A stretch of 64,000 nucleotides of DNA from Octopus sinensis (taxonomy: Eukaryota): contig NC_043005.1 of NCBI RefSeq assembly GCF_006345805.1, positions 34,968,001 to 35,032,000 on the forward strand, written 5' to 3'. Each line of letters begins with the position of its first letter. The first letter of the stretch is position 1. The translations under genes were made by a program, and so were the position numbers. The notes beneath the pieces were generated by a model. The model searched no databases. It was not told the origin of the DNA and worked only from the letters and a program-made list of their open reading frames with translations. Below, piece after piece: positions 62,941-64,000 of this stretch.

Positions 62941-63354
62941 TAATGAGGGGGCAGCCACCATGTATGTATGTAAGTATGTATGTATGTATATATGTATAGA
63001 TAAGTGAGTGTGTATATATGTGTGTGCCCCCTTTATCCCCCTTTCCCAAAGGTCTGCTGCTTATATTGAAATAATGTCCCCAGTGAATAAACAATGGATC
63101 TTATAAACTAAGATTTACATTTTACTACCTTCAATGTTTCTACGATTTCTTGGATTCTGTTCCTTTACATTTTGAGTTCAAATTCTGTTAAGGAAGACTT
63201 TAAAATACCTTCTTCAAGGAACGATAAAATAATCATTTGCTGAGGAGACGTAAATTAACTCCATGCTAATTATTACCTTTGGGTCCTTGTGCCAATGTTA
63301 GAGATTTTTACAATTACATTCCTTTTTGCTACAGGTACCTCTACTGGCACACCA

Positions 63355-63660
63355 TCAATTATGACTACAAGGGTTCCAGTTGATCCGATCAATGGAACAG
63401 CCTGCTCGTGAAATTAATGTTCTAATGACTGAACACTACACATGATATGTGTACCCTTAAAATAAATCTCAGGGAGATTCAGTGTGATACGGATTGTGAC
63501 AAATCGGTCCCTTCGCGTTACAGGTACAACTCATTTTTTTCCAGCTGAGTGGACTGAAACAATGTAAAATAAATTGTCTTGCTCAAGGACACAACAAGTT
63601 GCAGGGAATTGAAACCATGACTTTATGATCATGAGCTGAATACCCTAACCACTAAGCTAA
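63355..63660 (-). mobile_element. tRNA-derived SINE (third family), minus strand
   Basis: Reverse complement begins TAGCTTAGTGGTTAGGGTATTCAGCTCATGATC...GGTTTCAATTCCC (A/B boxes). Similar heads at 40305-40345, 43200-43330 and 49750-49815. Confidence 0.7.
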
Positions 63661-64000
63661 GAGCCTTCTTTTGCTTTAGGTACAGGGCCTGAAAGGAATA
63701 AGTCAATTACATTAATCCCAGTGCTCAACTGGTATGTATTTCATCAACCCCATGAAAGGCCAAGATGAGCTTAGTGAAATTTGAACTCAGAATGTAAAAA
63801 CAGACGAAATGTCACAAAACATTTTGCACAGTGTGCTAACAATTCTGCCAGCTTGCAGTCTTAATCTTTGCAATTAATATTAATTCTGCAGCATTACAGA
63901 TGATGAAATGTTGAATTTAATTCCACCCTATTCCTAATAATATTTGGCCATTTTCCCCGGATGTTTCTTTTACCCTTTAGCATTCAGATTACTCTATAAA

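Noticed and set aside
19020-63660. tRNA-like A/B-box sequences at SINE heads
   Set aside because: No complete cloverleaf; all run into SINE bodies, so not called tRNA genes.

Overview
AT-rich, microsatellite- and retroposon-dense eukaryotic genomic DNA. The repeat landscape resembles an octopus (coleoid cephalopod) genome; this is inferred from repeat style, not a database result. One host protein-coding gene is supported: a + strand MAP1B/futsch-family microtubule-associated protein. It has a 99-nt coding exon (20075-20173) and a 4.95-kb terminal coding exon (30038-34986) containing a 12-aa Ser-Pro tandem repeat. Its first coding exon was not found and probably lies upstream of the window. 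The rest is intron, 3' UTR and intergenic DNA carrying tRNA-derived SINEs, a 5'-truncated RTE LINE, CR1 and I/Jockey-like LINE fragments, a decayed Tc1/mariner element with DD36E spacing, a non-autonomous Helitron and two related GGATCTTTT-ended MITEs. The most notable signal is three small non-coding elements carrying hammerhead-ribozyme-like cores. The first is a 348-bp highly structured unit with a 60-bp terminal direct repeat (53740-54147), resembling a retrozyme. The second is a foldback with an intact-looking + strand hammerhead and a decayed antisense twin (43588-43792). The third is a ~170-bp-arm intronic foldback with decayed cores on both strands (3902-4254). All folds were paired by eye and are untested. 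Most short ORFs in the supplied track are microsatellite or antisense artefacts.
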